Counted from the stretch's first letter, positions 1 through 13,010 are shown. The stretch is 64,000 nucleotides of DNA from Octopus sinensis (GCF_006345805.1 NC_042999.1:86676001-86740000); one strand, 5' to 3'. A program made the numbers and translations. The notes: generated by a model not told the origin, from the letters alone.

Positions 1-79
1 CTACCTGATTTCAACCCAAAGGCTTCGGCCGACATGAAGCTATGGTAAGAGTTACTTTTCCAGGATGTCATCGAGACCG

Positions 80-835
80 TCACAGCATAATTTTTCAAGG
101 TAATTTAGCTGTTGCCTTTTCTTGGTATCAAGTCACTTACTGTGACCTCAAATATCTAGAAACTATCTTATGATTCTCCTTGTTCCTAATAAACAAGCTT
201 TTTCTAATCAATCCCAATCTCCTTAACCATACTTCCAGTTTGCTGGTCACTGTACCCTGGGATATGACAATGATAGGAATGACTTGAACCTTCTTTTTGT
301 ACTTTTTTCTTTCAATCTTAGTCTGTAAGTCTTAGTATCAATCTGTGTTATCTGATTCATTTTCAGTCACTTTGGTATCGAGGAGACATGCAATATCTTT
401 CAATAAGCAAGCTCTCTTATTTAGGACGATTATTTCGGACCTAGAATTTTCGACTGCGTTGTCAAGTCTGTATCTTCATGCCCCACAGTATCCTCATTTT
501 GTTATTTCTTAAGCTCCTTTTCCGCTTTGTGTTCGTACCATTTTTCTGCATAGTCAAAGAAGAATTTTTTGACAAAGTTTCGAATGGAGGATATCTGTAG
601 TTCTGTCATGTCACCATTTTTGTTGTTTTTTTTGTGCAAATTTCGGGTACTCATTATGTGCGGCAGTCTTATCTTATATGTTGCTGTGTCTACAGTTACC
701 ATCAATGTTCTCTTTCGCAATCATTTCTCTTATATGTCTTGACCTGAATACTTGAATTGTAGTGCTATGATCAACTTTTCGGTTTGCCTATTTAAGCTAC
801 CTCTCTTCAGCCAATCCAATGTTTTGCTTTTTGAA
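80..835 (-). mobile_element. Decayed RLE-type non-LTR retrotransposon (R4/Dong-like), 3' part: zinc-knuckle region, restriction-like endonuclease and 3' UTR
   Basis: Minus-strand translation across frameshifts gives KTLDWLKRGSLNRQTEKLIIALQ; HD..DILHSKLCQK; DYAEKWYEHKAEK; ILWGMKIQT; RSEIIVLNKRACLLKDIAC; VQVIPIIV; LEKACLLGTRRIIR*FLDI*. This matches the C-terminal motif series of RLE LINEs (WLKRG.LKRETE, KWYEH.P, ILWD..IQT, RPDIVV, LQKACLLGTARIIR). Confidence 0.8.
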
Positions 836-844
836 CTCCTGCAA

Positions 845-1100
845 GGCAAACAAAACAGAAATGTCATTGGAGTGAAGGAGTGGGTTACACTTGACGAATT
901 TATTAGCATCTCAGATAATTTCAATTGCAAAGAGTGCAAACTACTGCAAGCAGTTGTCAAAAGTGGCAAAAATAAACTAGCGGATGAGATGAGGTACCGA
1001 TAAAATTACATTATGACCACCAAAACCCAAAAGCCTAGTAGCATCAAGCCGAACGACATCACAAAAGTTTGAAGGAGTTCGTACATCAAACAGACAAAAT
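845..1100 (+). mobile_element. Upstream segment of the same RLE LINE, in inverted orientation
   Basis: Plus-strand RNVIGVKEWVTLDEFISISDNFNCKECKLLQAVVKSG and later KEFVHQTDKI resemble the post-RT segment (GRGL..VE.CV..EE.SL..Y....E.LL.AV...G ... HGQF.RQT) that normally precedes WLKRG. Confidence 0.5.
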
Positions 1101-2030
1101 ATTCTTAAGAGGTGAGAGCAGGGTGTTTTGCACTAGTACAGTCAACGGTACCACAAAGGAGACTTTTAATGAGAACTATGTCAATAGTGTATCGCTCCAA
1201 GAGGAAGCGTTTCCTCCGTGATGTGGAACATTTAAAAAATAAGCCAAGAAAGTTTGGGAGGGCTCTTACAAGAGCTCAAAAAATGATTACCATTAAGTCA
1301 GATTAAACTATTCTCACCCTTTTGTTTTTGCATTTTCTAATATGTTTGCGCAAAGAATAAGCAATATAAATCCACATAACCTGGTTTTGGTGCGAATAAA
1401 AGATATTTGCTTCATGATCTCAAGTAATTTGTTCTCGCAAATGTAGTCATTTGAGAGACCAAGACATCCGAGACTACTGCGCTTGTACTACGGTCGACCC
1501 GGTTCAAGTGTTGTGACAGTGCTATTTCTGGTACTTCTGGATGGTCACTTGTAATCACATAGATGGTACGTCGGGGGTTTTAGATGTGAGCAACAATAGA
1601 GGGCAGGGTCTGGATTTCTTTAAGCATCAAGTGACATTCCTAGAAATATCTGTCATTAGTATTAGTGGGCGATTTAAAAGGCTTCGTTGACTCACACAAG
1701 GGCTGTGTGTTGGAAACTGATACAAAGAGCAAAGGCTTCGCAAACCTTCTGAGGATGTCAAATTTTGTAACAGATTGCTCTCGACGGTTGCGCGCCAACT
1801 TTTGGACTGGGCAGCATTGATGACTATTCAGACATACCGACCAGAAGCGCATAGCTTCTTTTAGGCCAGATGTTCAAGTTGGCTCGGCGATGCTAAAAAC
1901 AACAGGAACGAAAATCTGGTGAAAAGATATAACGTTTCTGTGAGGGGGGGGGCAGAGAAGAGTTGCCTTCCATGGATCGATGTCAGCGGTGACCGAAGGG
2001 TGTCAGGCGTGTGTGTGTGCGCGCGCGCAT

Positions 2031-2310
2031 AGGCACGGGGCCTAGTGGTTAGGCTGTTTCACTCACGATCGCTAGATCGTAAGTTCGATTCCCAGACCGA
2101 GCGGCGCGTTGTGTTATTGAGCAAAACACACCATTTCAAGTTTCTCCAGCCCCACTTTCGATCAGGGAGGGAATGTTGACCTACTCGCCTTGTCAGCGGG
2201 GTGTGGCGTCATTCGAAGGCTAAAACGAAGCAAAACGTATTGTGAGCAGCGTCGTGTAACATCATTCTATTAGCCTGGTCGGTTACGTAATCACGTGGTC
2301 ACCTGCTATG
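2031..2310 (+). mobile_element. tRNA-derived SINE, family C
   Basis: Head GGCACGGGGCCTAGTGGTTAGG (A-box-like) ... AGTTCGATTCC (B-box); body contains CATTCGAAGGCTAAAAC and ends TCACGTGG. A homologous copy lies inverted at 23425-23692. Confidence 0.75.
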
Positions 2311-3078
2311 TGTGTGTGCGTGCGTCTGTGTCTGTGTTTGTGTGAGTGTGTGTATGTGTTTGTGTGAGTGTGTGTATGTGTTTGTATGTGTTTGTAAGTT
2401 CGTGCGCGTGTATGCTTTGGCTGTAAGTCCTTCATGATTTCATGTTATTTTGGTTCATCTCACTAAAACAGTAGGTGAACAACTCGCAGCAATTCACTAC
2501 AGACATGTGAAGGTGTGGCCACTGTGACAGTCACTCGAACTGAAAATAGCTATCAGTTTACTGTAAGCACCATACGTGCTTTGTGACAAGTTGATGAAGT
2601 CAAGCTATAATAATATAAAATACAAAAATAGATGTTGATGTGTTGATGCATATATGCGTTGTTCAACTGATACTACAACAATAAACCATCATTAATTTAG
2701 TCTTATACACTGCTATTATCAGAGTGTACATTAATATCCTAACATACACACACACACACACCCTCTCTCTCTCTCTCTTAGTGGGTTTGTTTTAAGCTGC
2801 AGAACATTATTTTACTTGAATTGCTATTGTTATTCCATGCGGAATGTTATGAGAAAATGTTTTTCAGTGAATAATTCTTTGTAAGGAGACCTAAATTTAA
2901 TTTTAATAGTTAATTGAAACAATAATGAAGGAGTAATTCTACTTTTCAAAAGAAAAAAAAATGTTTTAAGCTACATGGGGGAAGTGGGTATAAATTCCGA
3001 AGCAAAAGGTTTGGGGAATATTTACGTTGGAAATTATCTAAGGATTAATAGACCCATTTATATTCGTTTTTCTTCAAG

Positions 3079-3471
3079 ATTCTTTTCTACTCTAGGCACA
3101 AGGCCCGAAATTTTTGGGGTGGGGGCCAGTCGATTAGATCGCCCCCAGTGCACAACTGGTACTTTATTTATCGACCCCGAAAGGATGAAAGACAAAGTCG
3201 ACCTCGGCGGAATTTGAACTCAGAACGTAGCGGCAGACGAAATACCTATTTCTTTACTACCCACAAGGGGCTAAACACGGAGGGGACAAACAAGGACAGA
3301 CACACGGATTAGGTCGATTACATCGACCCCAATGCGTAACTAGTACTTATTTAATCGACCCCGAAAGGATGAAAGGCAAAGTCGACCTCGGCGGAATTTG
3401 AACTCAGAACGTAGTGGCAGGCGAAATACCGCTAAGGATTTCGCCCGGCGTGCTAACGTTTCTGCCAGCTC
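3079..3471 (-). mobile_element. tRNA-derived SINE, family B, dimeric (two body units in tandem)
   Basis: Reverse complement starts GAGCTGGCAGAAACGTTAG ... GTTCAAATTCC (A/B boxes). The block ATCGACCCCGAAAGGATGAAAG(G/A)CAAAGTCGACCTCGGCGGAATTTGAACTCAGAACGTAG occurs twice. Homologues at 5906, 8305, 8625 and 32717. Confidence 0.85.
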
Positions 3472-3568
3472 CAGATTGCAGTTGTGTTTTAAATGTTGAA
3501 ACATTATTTGACGTCAGGATTTATTTTCTATTTTTTTCACAACAGGCTGACTGGATGAGATGCTCTGG

Positions 3569-3955
3569 ATAAGAAGCTTGCTTTTCGACCGTGCGGTCTT
3601 GGGTTCACTCCCACTGCGCGTCACCTTGGACGAGTATTTTCTACTATAGTCCCCAGACAATCAAAGCCTTGTGAGTGAATTTGGTAGCAGGAAGCTAAAG
3701 GAAGCCAGTCATGCGCACGCATGTGTGTGCGTGAATGTGTGTATGTGTGTCTATGTGTTTCTTCACCTCTTGAAAACTGGTGTTTGTTTATTTGCGTCCC
3801 GGCAATTTGGCAACTTAGTGGTTTGGCAAAAGACACCAATAGAACAAGAGCCAGGCTTTAAAAAAATAAATATTGGATTGATTTGTTCGAATAAAACTTT
3901 CAAAGCGGTGCCCCAGCATGACCGCAGTCTAGTGACTGAAACAAGTAAAAGATTA
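3569..3955 (+). mobile_element. tRNA-derived SINE, family A, with internal (TG)n
   Basis: Head ...GGGTTCACTCCCACTGCG..., CAAAGCCTTGTGAGTG, internal microsatellite, tail GCGGTGCCCCAGCATGACCGCAGTC..GACTGAAACAAGTAAAAG. Many homologues elsewhere in the window. Confidence 0.8.
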
Positions 3956-5639
3956 AAGAATAAATTAACTATTTTGCTATATTATTAGATCTCGTTATAT
4001 ATTCGTAAACGTTGACTCTAATACTATAAAATAAGTCTTAGCAACTATTTTACTTCCTCTGATTTTATAGAAAAAATGCTTCCTTCAAATACTAACCAGC
4101 ATCGTCAAAATTACTTATCCATTTATTAATTACTAATATTTGCGCCCAGAATAACAATAGTATTTATGCAACGAACCGTAAAGATGGCTCTTTTTACTCC
4201 ATTTAAATTGATATATCCACTGTGCTACCAGCTGCTTTATGATGATGAGTAAAGCTGTGTATGTGTAAAGCAATCCCAGGAAAGAATGAAATACCTATAT
4301 AGCAAGTGTTTACTGTTATTTCTGACAGCTTAGGTATGTGATAGCGTACGACCAACTATGCGCTTTTAATCGAATATGTGTTTATGCATGCGTGTATATT
4401 GTAAAGTTATTTTACGATTATATGAAATAGGGAAGTACAGAGAAATTAGGTTTTCGAGAATTTATAAATCTTATTCCTGTCATGGTGTGTGTGTGTTCGT
4501 GCTTGTGGTTTTATGTACAATGTGTGTGTGTGTGTGTGTGTGCTTGTATGTGTGTATGCGTAGGTGTGTATATGCGCTTGTATGTTTGTGTGTGTACCAA
4601 TGCATTTGACCAGAGCTACATCGTAAGCAACGATAATATTTTTCAAATAAACCAATTCAACCAACTGGTCAGTAAACTGCAGGTCATCAAGTACAGCACG
4701 TTGCTACATCGAATGTTCCTGTTTCTGGTTCAGTGCTTCCTTAAATGTTCTTTTTCAGAACAAGCGGAGTTTCTTTAATTTATGAAAGTTTCTGAAGTAA
4801 AATAATAGACAGGCTTGGCAAACCAAGGTTAAAATTATTTGCTTTAGATTTAATACTGAAGCAAGACATATATTTAAGTTGGGTTTCGAAGTTTAAAGGT
4901 GAGGCCAGACATAATGTGCCGCTGATGTTATTGTTGTTAACTGCAGGTTAGCCTTGGTTGAGCAGACCTGTGATCAAAGGTGTTACAGTTGTGATAATCC
5001 CCTCTTTATGTTTATTTATGACTACATTTTTCAGCGTGGCCGTCCTGATCTTTACAAACATATGGTGTAGTTTTTCAGAGAACTTAGCTGCTATTTCTAG
5101 CACAGGGATGCTCTCTCATTGTAGTGGTTCCCGTGTTGTTTTCGTGTTTGGAGTGTCCTCAGGTTTCATATGATATTCCTGTTAAATTTGGGAGGAATGC
5201 GGTTGGGATTTAACAAAAAAACAAAAAAGAAACAAAACAATAGTTGTGCTTGAAGGGACAGAATTTAACTGTAAACAATGTAATATCTTGAGGTGTATAG
5301 TGAAAGATTAGTATTTAGAGGACAGGTTTACTGCTTATGGTTTATATATAGCACCAGTGTTCGCCCCACCCCTACACTCTTCAGAGTAGTGGGTGGCGAG
5401 AGGGGACTGATTGAATGCTTGACAACTACGGCTCTAAATGTGCCCAGCGTAGTAGAAAACCTACTTAGCTGCTCAAATCCGTTGCTAGATCTTTGCTAAG
5501 TTCCTATTCTACCTTGCTTTAGTGTTTACGTACTTGTCCGAAATAGTTACTTGATTAGCTGTGAATATTGTATGTGATAGACAAGCTTCCTATCTAATCA
5601 TGCACCTACCCACACAATCTCAGTGTGTGTATGTGTGTA

Positions 5640-5687
<48 letters not shown>

Positions 5688-5905
5688 TGAGTGAGAATGG
5701 AAACCGGCGTTTTGAGAATTTCGTTTGCCAAATATTGACAATTTGGACAAGACGGTTGTTGATGGTCTCTCTATCTTGTCAATAAAAAGTTAATATCGTG
5801 AATTAACAAAAAACTTCCAAAGAGCTGGAACAAATACTACGAAATATTTTAGCCAATGTTGTTAAGATACGATTCTGCCAATGCAACGCTTTCACAACTT
5901 AACAG

Positions 5906-6046
5906 ATTCTTTTCTACTCTAGGCACAAGGCCCGAAATTTTGCGGGAGGGGGCCAGTCGATTAGATCGATCCCAGTACGCAACTGGCACTTAATTTATTG
6001 ACTCTGAAAGAATGAAAGGCTAAGTCGACCTCGACGGAACTTGAAA
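5906..6046 (-). mobile_element. SINE family B, truncated, next to (CA)n
   Basis: Near-identical to 3079-3225 (TTCTTTTCTACTCTAGGCACAAGGCCCGAAATTT ... AAGTCGACCTCG). Confidence 0.8.
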
Positions 6047-6062
6047 CACACACACACACACA

Positions 6063-6111
<49 letters not shown>

Positions 6112-6865
6112 ACACACACACACACACACATACAACTTCACAGGTTGCGAATGGAAAGTCATGCATGTTGAGATTTGACTTCATTTGATTGTTTCAAGAT
6201 AAGTTGATGGAAACCTTACATCAAGTTGGCCATTGGTGGTTTCAAAAGTTGGTTGATGGGAGATAGTTTTGATGTTTGTACGTCGCACTTATGATTGTTG
6301 CGAATGGCAAAAGTTTTGGAGCTGCAGCGTTTTGTTTTGCTTTCGAGAGAGAGAGAGAGAGACAGTCACGATTTACTATTTAGCACTCCGAGATCTGGAC
6401 TGGTGTACCGAATGAATCCCTCTTGAGTAACCTCTGATGATGAATACGTTGGATTCACATTGCCACTGCATTTTGTGAAATATTATTGCACTACTTGGGC
6501 GTACGTCCATACATTTACAATTCTAGTTTAGAATGTGATACATTCTATGTATTTATCTATCCTTCCACCTGTATGCATCGTTCCCCACCACACGCACATT
6601 CCTCTTGTGTGCCTCTGTATGCTAGTATTTTTGTGGGGGTAAAGTCGAATGGCTAAGAATTCGTTCCCAGTATAATGTCTCAGTTTTAACGTTCCTGAGC
6701 TGCAACTTGAATAAGGATCTTCTTTCATAGCCCCGGTTCAGCCAAAGCGTTATGAATAAAGCATGGTTGACTGAAACTGTGTCGAAACACATCGGATATA
6801 CTGTAGCAGTAATTTAAAGTGCCAAGCTTGTCATACATGGCCATATTAATTCTGCCTCAAGATTA

Positions 6866-6867
6866 CT

Positions 6868-6900
<33 letters not shown>

Positions 6901-6913
6901 GAACGAATGAACG

Positions 6914-6962
<49 letters not shown>
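6866..6962. repeat. Compound microsatellite (ACTA)n-(ACGA)n-(TA)n
   Basis: Directly visible. Confidence 0.95.
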
Positions 6963-6965
<3 letters not shown>

Positions 6966-7307
6966 AACACTACATCGTACTCCTTGCGCGAAGCCGATTC
7001 GTAAGATCAGCTCTGATGTATATATAATACTATATATTTCGGGTAATGTATATAATACTATATATAATATGTATAATAATAATATATGGCCACAGCTCAT
7101 TAGCTGAAACTGGAAAAATCAAAAATCAAAATCAAATATGTAATTAATTATATAATATATATATATAATTGTATATAATACACACACACACAATATCCAT
7201 CAATCTTAGAGACTACGGTGAGAGTTTGTGGGGAAAGGAAGGAGATGAGGAGCCACTTCTGAAATAACTGTAAAATCCTGTCTTCACTCCGCTACCTTAA
7301 CCGCAGG

Positions 7308-7340
<33 letters not shown>

Positions 7341-7449
7341 ACACACAAACACATATGCATAAAGGTATATATGTATGCGTGCATATATGTAGGTATGTAT
7401 ATATGTATGCATATGTGTATGTATGTATGTATGTATGTATGTATGTATG

Positions 7450-7480
<31 letters not shown>

Positions 7481-8304
7481 GTATTTAAATATCTATATTA
7501 AATACATACAGCGCGCATGCGTATGTAATGTATATATTTATTATGACTAGCAGAAAACCGCTTGGAGGATGGTGTTTCCGCTAATATGTACAACTAATAC
7601 AATATTTACTGTCGTGCCTTATAACATGTCTAATAAATGATTGATAGACTAATTAGTGTTGTATCTAGTAATATGAATGGCTGATACAATAATTGCTGCC
7701 ATATTTAGTAATATTATAATTGATGTAATAATTATGTCATGTCTAGTATTATATATAATTGATAATTGGTGCGACAACTCCTGTCATGTCTTGTAACATG
7801 TATAGTTTGGCATATATTTTTTATCAGACTCGGTCGAATATATTTCTGAAGTATAATTAGTCTTTTGAAATGTAAGTTTAATATACTCTATAGAACTCGC
7901 TTTATTGACGTTCGTCAATGATAAAATCTTCGGTATTTCTAATTCTGATTTCATGAAATATTATGTGGGTTCATAGATTACAGCTGTCGCCACCATGAGG
8001 TATTTATTCATACAGTATACCTAGGAATACCTAGGACTGTATCATTCAGTGTGTCTTTGTATATTCTCTTTTTGTGGATGTTAAGGTGTAATTTGAATGA
8101 CATTTGGTTGATATTTCTAGATGCAGGCTCTCTTATCGACCCGCTCAGTGGCAGAACACTCGCCTATCATTCAGCTGCTATAGTGCCCTTATTACAATGT
8201 TCAGTTCAATCGCTAGAGCCCTTGATGTAACATCACCGATGTATTTAAGCAGCTTTATTTAAGGAATCAGTTTTAAAAAATCGAAATGGATACTTCAAAA
8301 ATCG

Positions 8305-8720
8305 GTTTCAAATTTTGGAAAAAGGTCAGCAATTTCGGGTAAGGAACTAAGTCGATTACATCTACCCCTGTGTTCAACTGGTACTTATTTCATCGACCCC
8401 TAAAGGATAAAAGGTAAATACAAAATTTGGCAGCACTTGAACTCAGAGTCAGAGTAAATGCCATTAAGCATTTTGTCCGATGTGCTAATGATTCTGCCAG
8501 CTCACTGCCTTGCAGCTAAGTAATGAATATTTATGTGTGTAGGTATGTACATGTGTGTGAATCAGTGCGTGTCTTTGTGTATCATCGTTTTGGCACCGTT
8601 TGAGCAACTGTGATATATGTTTACATGAAAGGCAAAATCGACCCCGGCGGAATTTGAACTCAGAACCTAAGGACGGGCGATATTCCACTAAGCATTTAGC
8701 CCAACGAGCTAACGATTCTG
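8305..8720 (-). mobile_element. Two degenerate SINE family B copies (8305-8511 and 8625-8720)
   Basis: GTCGATTACATC.ACCCC, ACTGGTACTTATTTCATCGACCCC, GGAATTTGAACTCAGAA and CTGCCAGCTC head motifs. Confidence 0.7.
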
Positions 8721-9008
8721 CTACTTAACCGACGTGGATACTTCAAATATTTCACATTAAAAACAGAATGACTCGCATTCATAACATGCCTACTCTGAAT
8801 TGATATCCGTTTATATATTCCATACACTATCATCCTATAATTCGTCGTTTGCATAGAATTATTTGAAAAATTGGTAATTTCATGAAGTGTTGAACTGTTG
8901 CAGAATTTCTTCCTAATTTCTTTTGTATTTAACATTAGGAATACTCTGCTTTTTAATCCAAGCTAAATGACTTGATTTGGTAGATAGTTATTAAGTGATT
9001 AGATAAAG

Positions 9009-9100
9009 AACATCCGAGTTCTGTAATATGGTCTTTACTATGAAATAAGGCTTTAACATCCGAGTTCTGTAATATGGTCTTTACTATGAAATAAGGCTTT
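9009..9100. repeat. Perfect 46-bp tandem duplication
   Basis: AACATCCGAGTTCTGTAATATGGTCTTTACTATGAAATAAGGCTTT at 9009-9054 and 9055-9100. Confidence 0.95.
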
Positions 9101-10337
9101 GTCGTACCTTCCTTTTATACAAAACCTTACAAAGCCCAACCTATGGTCGTGGGATTCTCCAGACTGTGTGAACTTTCCCATAAGTTCATTGACCATCTGA
9201 ACGCTACTACTGACAAGTTTGTTTTCATCTCTTCTGCTTCACTCATCAAACAGTGCTTACAGAAAAATGTACACCCTAGTTACATGCCACTAAAAGAAAC
9301 GTGTCCTAATTAAACAAAATGTTCTAAAAAAACCTGGAAAATCCAATAGGGTTAACTTAATGACTGTAAGGTAGTATTAGGATATAACAAGTCAGTCTCG
9401 ACTGTTATCTGTTGGTTGATAGTGAAAGTGTATCTATTAACTTGCCAATTATCCCATTTTATTTGATATTATTTCAAATAGCTAACTCTGTTTCTGAGAT
9501 TAACAACATAGTTGAAAATTGAAGAAAGTGATATTTAATAACACTTCAATATTACTTTCATGTAAATTAATTTCTAATAATAAAATTTCGACTACACACT
9601 AACCATGAGTATACATATGTGTGAGATTATTTGTATTAGAGGAGTGTATGTTTCTCACATTTCCATTAGCATCTGCCGCGTCCGCTGTGCATAGATTGCG
9701 TAGTTCACATGAAACTAACCGTGATATTTATTCAGCAATTCTATCCGATTCTTTGGCAGTAGAGATTTCTAGAATCTATATTTTCTTTGGAAATCTCAAC
9801 CCCTGCTTATTTAAGCTAATATAAACACATACATATACACACATACAAATATTATATATGTTTTTAGGTATGTATGAATGTGCGTGTATGTCTATGAATG
9901 TCTGGGTGAGTATATATATATATGAGTTACAGTTTCTTTTGTTTAGCAGGTCAAGTTTATTCGATTGCTCGTCGGTAACAAAATATTAACAATATGCAAG
10001 CAAAAATATAGAGTAAACTGACGTGAGAGTTTATTATTCTCAGCTAGGGTTTGTTATTTAAGCAACATTCCCTTCATTTTAGCCATTCAGAGAAGCTGAA
10101 CTTGTGAAATATTGTCGTTCTTTCACAATAAAAAATGTTGTTTGGGATTTTCATTGCTTATTCGCAAATAATTACGTTAGCTACGATCTACCGACTACCA
10201 CAAGATTGCCGCCATAAGCAAAAGAGAACAGAGGGAAAGATATTTTTAAAAGCCAATGTCTCGATTATTTACATGAAAATTACTGAAAAACAACTTTATT
10301 TTTTTGTCAGCCTAACCTCTCCTTGTCATTAAAAAGA

Positions 10338-10338
<1 letters not shown>

Positions 10339-10401
<63 letters not shown>
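10339..10401. repeat. (ATT)n microsatellite
   Basis: Directly visible. Confidence 0.95.
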
Positions 10402-11107
10402 TTTTTCTTTCTGTGTGACCTTTACTTTTAAGGGTCATATGAAATCCCAACTAGCTTCCAGATCTATGACAACTATAAATCATCAGAGTAATATCAGTCC
10501 TGTTAAATACACATGAATGGAAATAGTGGTAGTAATGTTTTATAGTTATTTTATTCAACGTATCTTTTTTATTCATTAAAGCTCTCTCTAGAAATGAAGG
10601 TACAGAAATTCGGTCACTGAACCTGCTAGATATAGCAGCCAAATCCTCTTCCTTCTAATCACCCACTGCTGTCTTTAAAAAACAAGAACACTGTGATTCT
10701 AGATTTAAGTTCGAAATTAAGACGCAGACAGTTGTCGCTGGAAAGACACTAACCTCGTGTTTCCCAAACTTTTGCCAAATTGCAATATCGCCCACCTATT
10801 GACCAAAAGATGCTCCATCACCCACCTGTGTTAAAAAAAACCCTGACACAACCCACACCAACACTGAATCCCGTAGGAGAACCCCGCTTCTATCATTTGA
10901 CAAACAAACACACATACACACTATATCGTAGACTCGTTGCCCGGTTTGGACTAAATATGCATAGTTTACAAATCCCTTATAGTGAGTTTAGTTTTGCCAT
11001 TAATGTTAATAAAATTCTAACGTTAGTTCTATATTATGCAGCCAGATTAACTTCGGTAAACTTGCGTTTTCTTTTACACTGAGTTTTATTTTCCCCAAAT
11101 GAACCAT

Positions 11108-11700
11108 TTGAAGTTAGCTATCACACATTGGCTGAAGCAAAGAAGTTGTATTCTTGGGGATATATTCTATACTTACATTATCAAAAATATCAACTAAGTT
11201 CGCGGAAAAAGCCGTGCTTTGTTGGAAATGTGTCTGGCACTGTATCTTTCTACGACAGAACAAAAACGTTTGTAAACCCCTCTATGAAAGTCATCCGTAC
11301 TTTCTTATTTGAACGCCGAATCAGAGGTAGATTAAAGTTTGTGTAACCCTTGAAAGCCCTTGAATTTTCGGAGTGATACACGTGTAGGGGCTTTAATTTC
11401 ATATCACCTGCGGCGTTTCCTCTCAAAAGAAGTGTGAGATGACTTTTGGCAGCTTTAAATCCTGATGTTGATTTTTCTTCCAGAAAAGTGCAGTTTCATC
11501 AACTTGCTCTGATGTGTAGCTCCCTTCAACAATCATATTCTTCAACTGCTCATTTTAGCAATATAGCTTAATTTTACTTCTGCCTCAAGTCTTATTTAAA
11601 AGCATCATATTTAATACCTAGTCTATCATTTTACGATTCTTTTCTCACTAGTGCTTCCAGGTCTACTTGGTAGCTTCTTTCCAAACATCTTAAATTGAAG
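11108..11700 (-). mobile_element. Tigger/pogo-type DDE transposase remnant (pseudogenised)
   Basis: Minus-strand translation: LKNMIVEGSYTSEQVDETALFWKK ... SGFKAAKSHLTLLLRGNAAGDMKLKPLHVYHSENSRAFKGYTNFNLPLIRRSNKKVRMT ... YIPKNTTSLLQPM. This matches the TIGD1/Tigger core motifs. Confidence 0.85.
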
Positions 11701-12340
11701 GCAAATCTAACAGTAGCATGTAGTACAAAAAAAAATTGGCCCAGGAAAGATGTGATTTTTGACAGCTGAAAATTGCTTTATTTCTATTGATGCAATAATG
11801 AAAATGTGATGAAAAGGTGTAAAACTGAGAAAGAGAAGATTACAGTTCACTTAAGGTTCACGAGATTTTATAGGCAATTCACCCCATGCACTTCGGACTC
11901 AAGTCATAAATATGTACACACACACACATATACTCATGAACAAACGTATTGGCGTACATGTTAACTGTTGTAAGCCAGTTGGATTCAAAACTTGGTGGGT
12001 TAATAGCGGGGATGATGTGGGTTACATTGGTTTAGATGTTAGTGGTGGTGGTGGCGGTGGTGGGACATTGTTGGTGTTGTAGTAGTTATACTGTTTTTGG
12101 TATTTGTATTGCTGTAGCTGTTTAGTCTCAGGTTAATCCTCATAGGCCTAAGATCAAATATATTTCATTCAATTTTTAAGACATTAGAATATCGCCGTAT
12201 GTTATTCGAAATGGATTTGCTTATCTACTTCATTCTATTTATCACTGTTGTTGTTGGTGGTTGTGTTGAAGTTGATGATAGCAACACACACGCGTGTATA
12301 CACATATGTATGTGTATACATACATATGTACACAACATAC

Positions 12341-12379
<39 letters not shown>

Positions 12380-12420
12380 CGTGCGTGTATATGTCTGTGT
12401 ATCTGTGTGTGTATGCATAT

Positions 12421-12553
12421 TGTTGTGTGGACACCCCAGACGATGAAGTAGGTTAGCCCAATGCGTAGATATAGAGGGAGAAGCCTAGACGTCGTAGAGC
12501 ACTGTCGAGCAGAGAAGAGTTGAGTAGAGGTCATCCGAACGTGCGACATAACA
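12421..12553. mobile_element. Putative solo LTR, 133 bp
   Basis: Starts TG, ends CA, 7/8 terminal inverted repeat (TGTTGTGT / ACATAACA), flanked by 5-bp direct repeat CATAT (12416-12420 and 12554-12558). It sits inside a (TG/TA) microsatellite. Confidence 0.6.
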
Positions 12554-12855
12554 CATATATGTGTGTGTCTGTGTATGTGTGTGTATGTGTGTGTGTGCAT
12601 ATCTGTCTGCGTATCTATGTGTGTATGCATATATATGTGTGTGTATGTGTACCCACATTATGTACCTTATACATACATGTGCGTATGGGTGTGCATGCAT
12701 GTGTGTAACGTGAGGATAGTTTTTCAAATCGGTAATTATATCCTTTAATGCTAAATAAAGCGCAAGTGGCCAACGAGCTAAGAAGAAAGTGTAGCTTTAA
12801 ATCGTTAACAATTTACGCACACGCACATACACGCACACCCACGCACGCGCACACA

Positions 12856-13010
12856 CGATGGGATTCTTTCAGTTTCCGTCTACTAAATCCATTCACAAGT
12901 CCTTGGTCGGCCCCAGGCTCTAGAAGAAGACACTCACCCAAAGTACCATGCAATGAGACTGAGCCCGGAGACACGTAGCTGGGAAGTAAGTTTTTTACCA
13001 CACAACCACG
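12856..13010 (-). mobile_element. SINE family A, 5' half
   Basis: TCTTTCAGTTTCCGTCTACTAAATCC...GAAGACAC...TACCACACAACCACGC, homologous to the other family A copies. Confidence 0.8.

Noticed and set aside
1400-1990. Moderately GC-rich unassigned block
   Set aside because: No frame gave a recognisable motif, and I found no termini or second copy in the window.
2031-2100. SINE heads as tRNA genes (also 3400-3471, 32717-32790, 55320-55378)
   Set aside because: They have A/B-box-like motifs but no complete cloverleaf, and each continues into a repeated SINE body.
6434-6472. CTGATGA with GAAT/ATTC and TGC/GCA stems
   Set aside because: GAAA is replaced by ACAT and no stem I forms.
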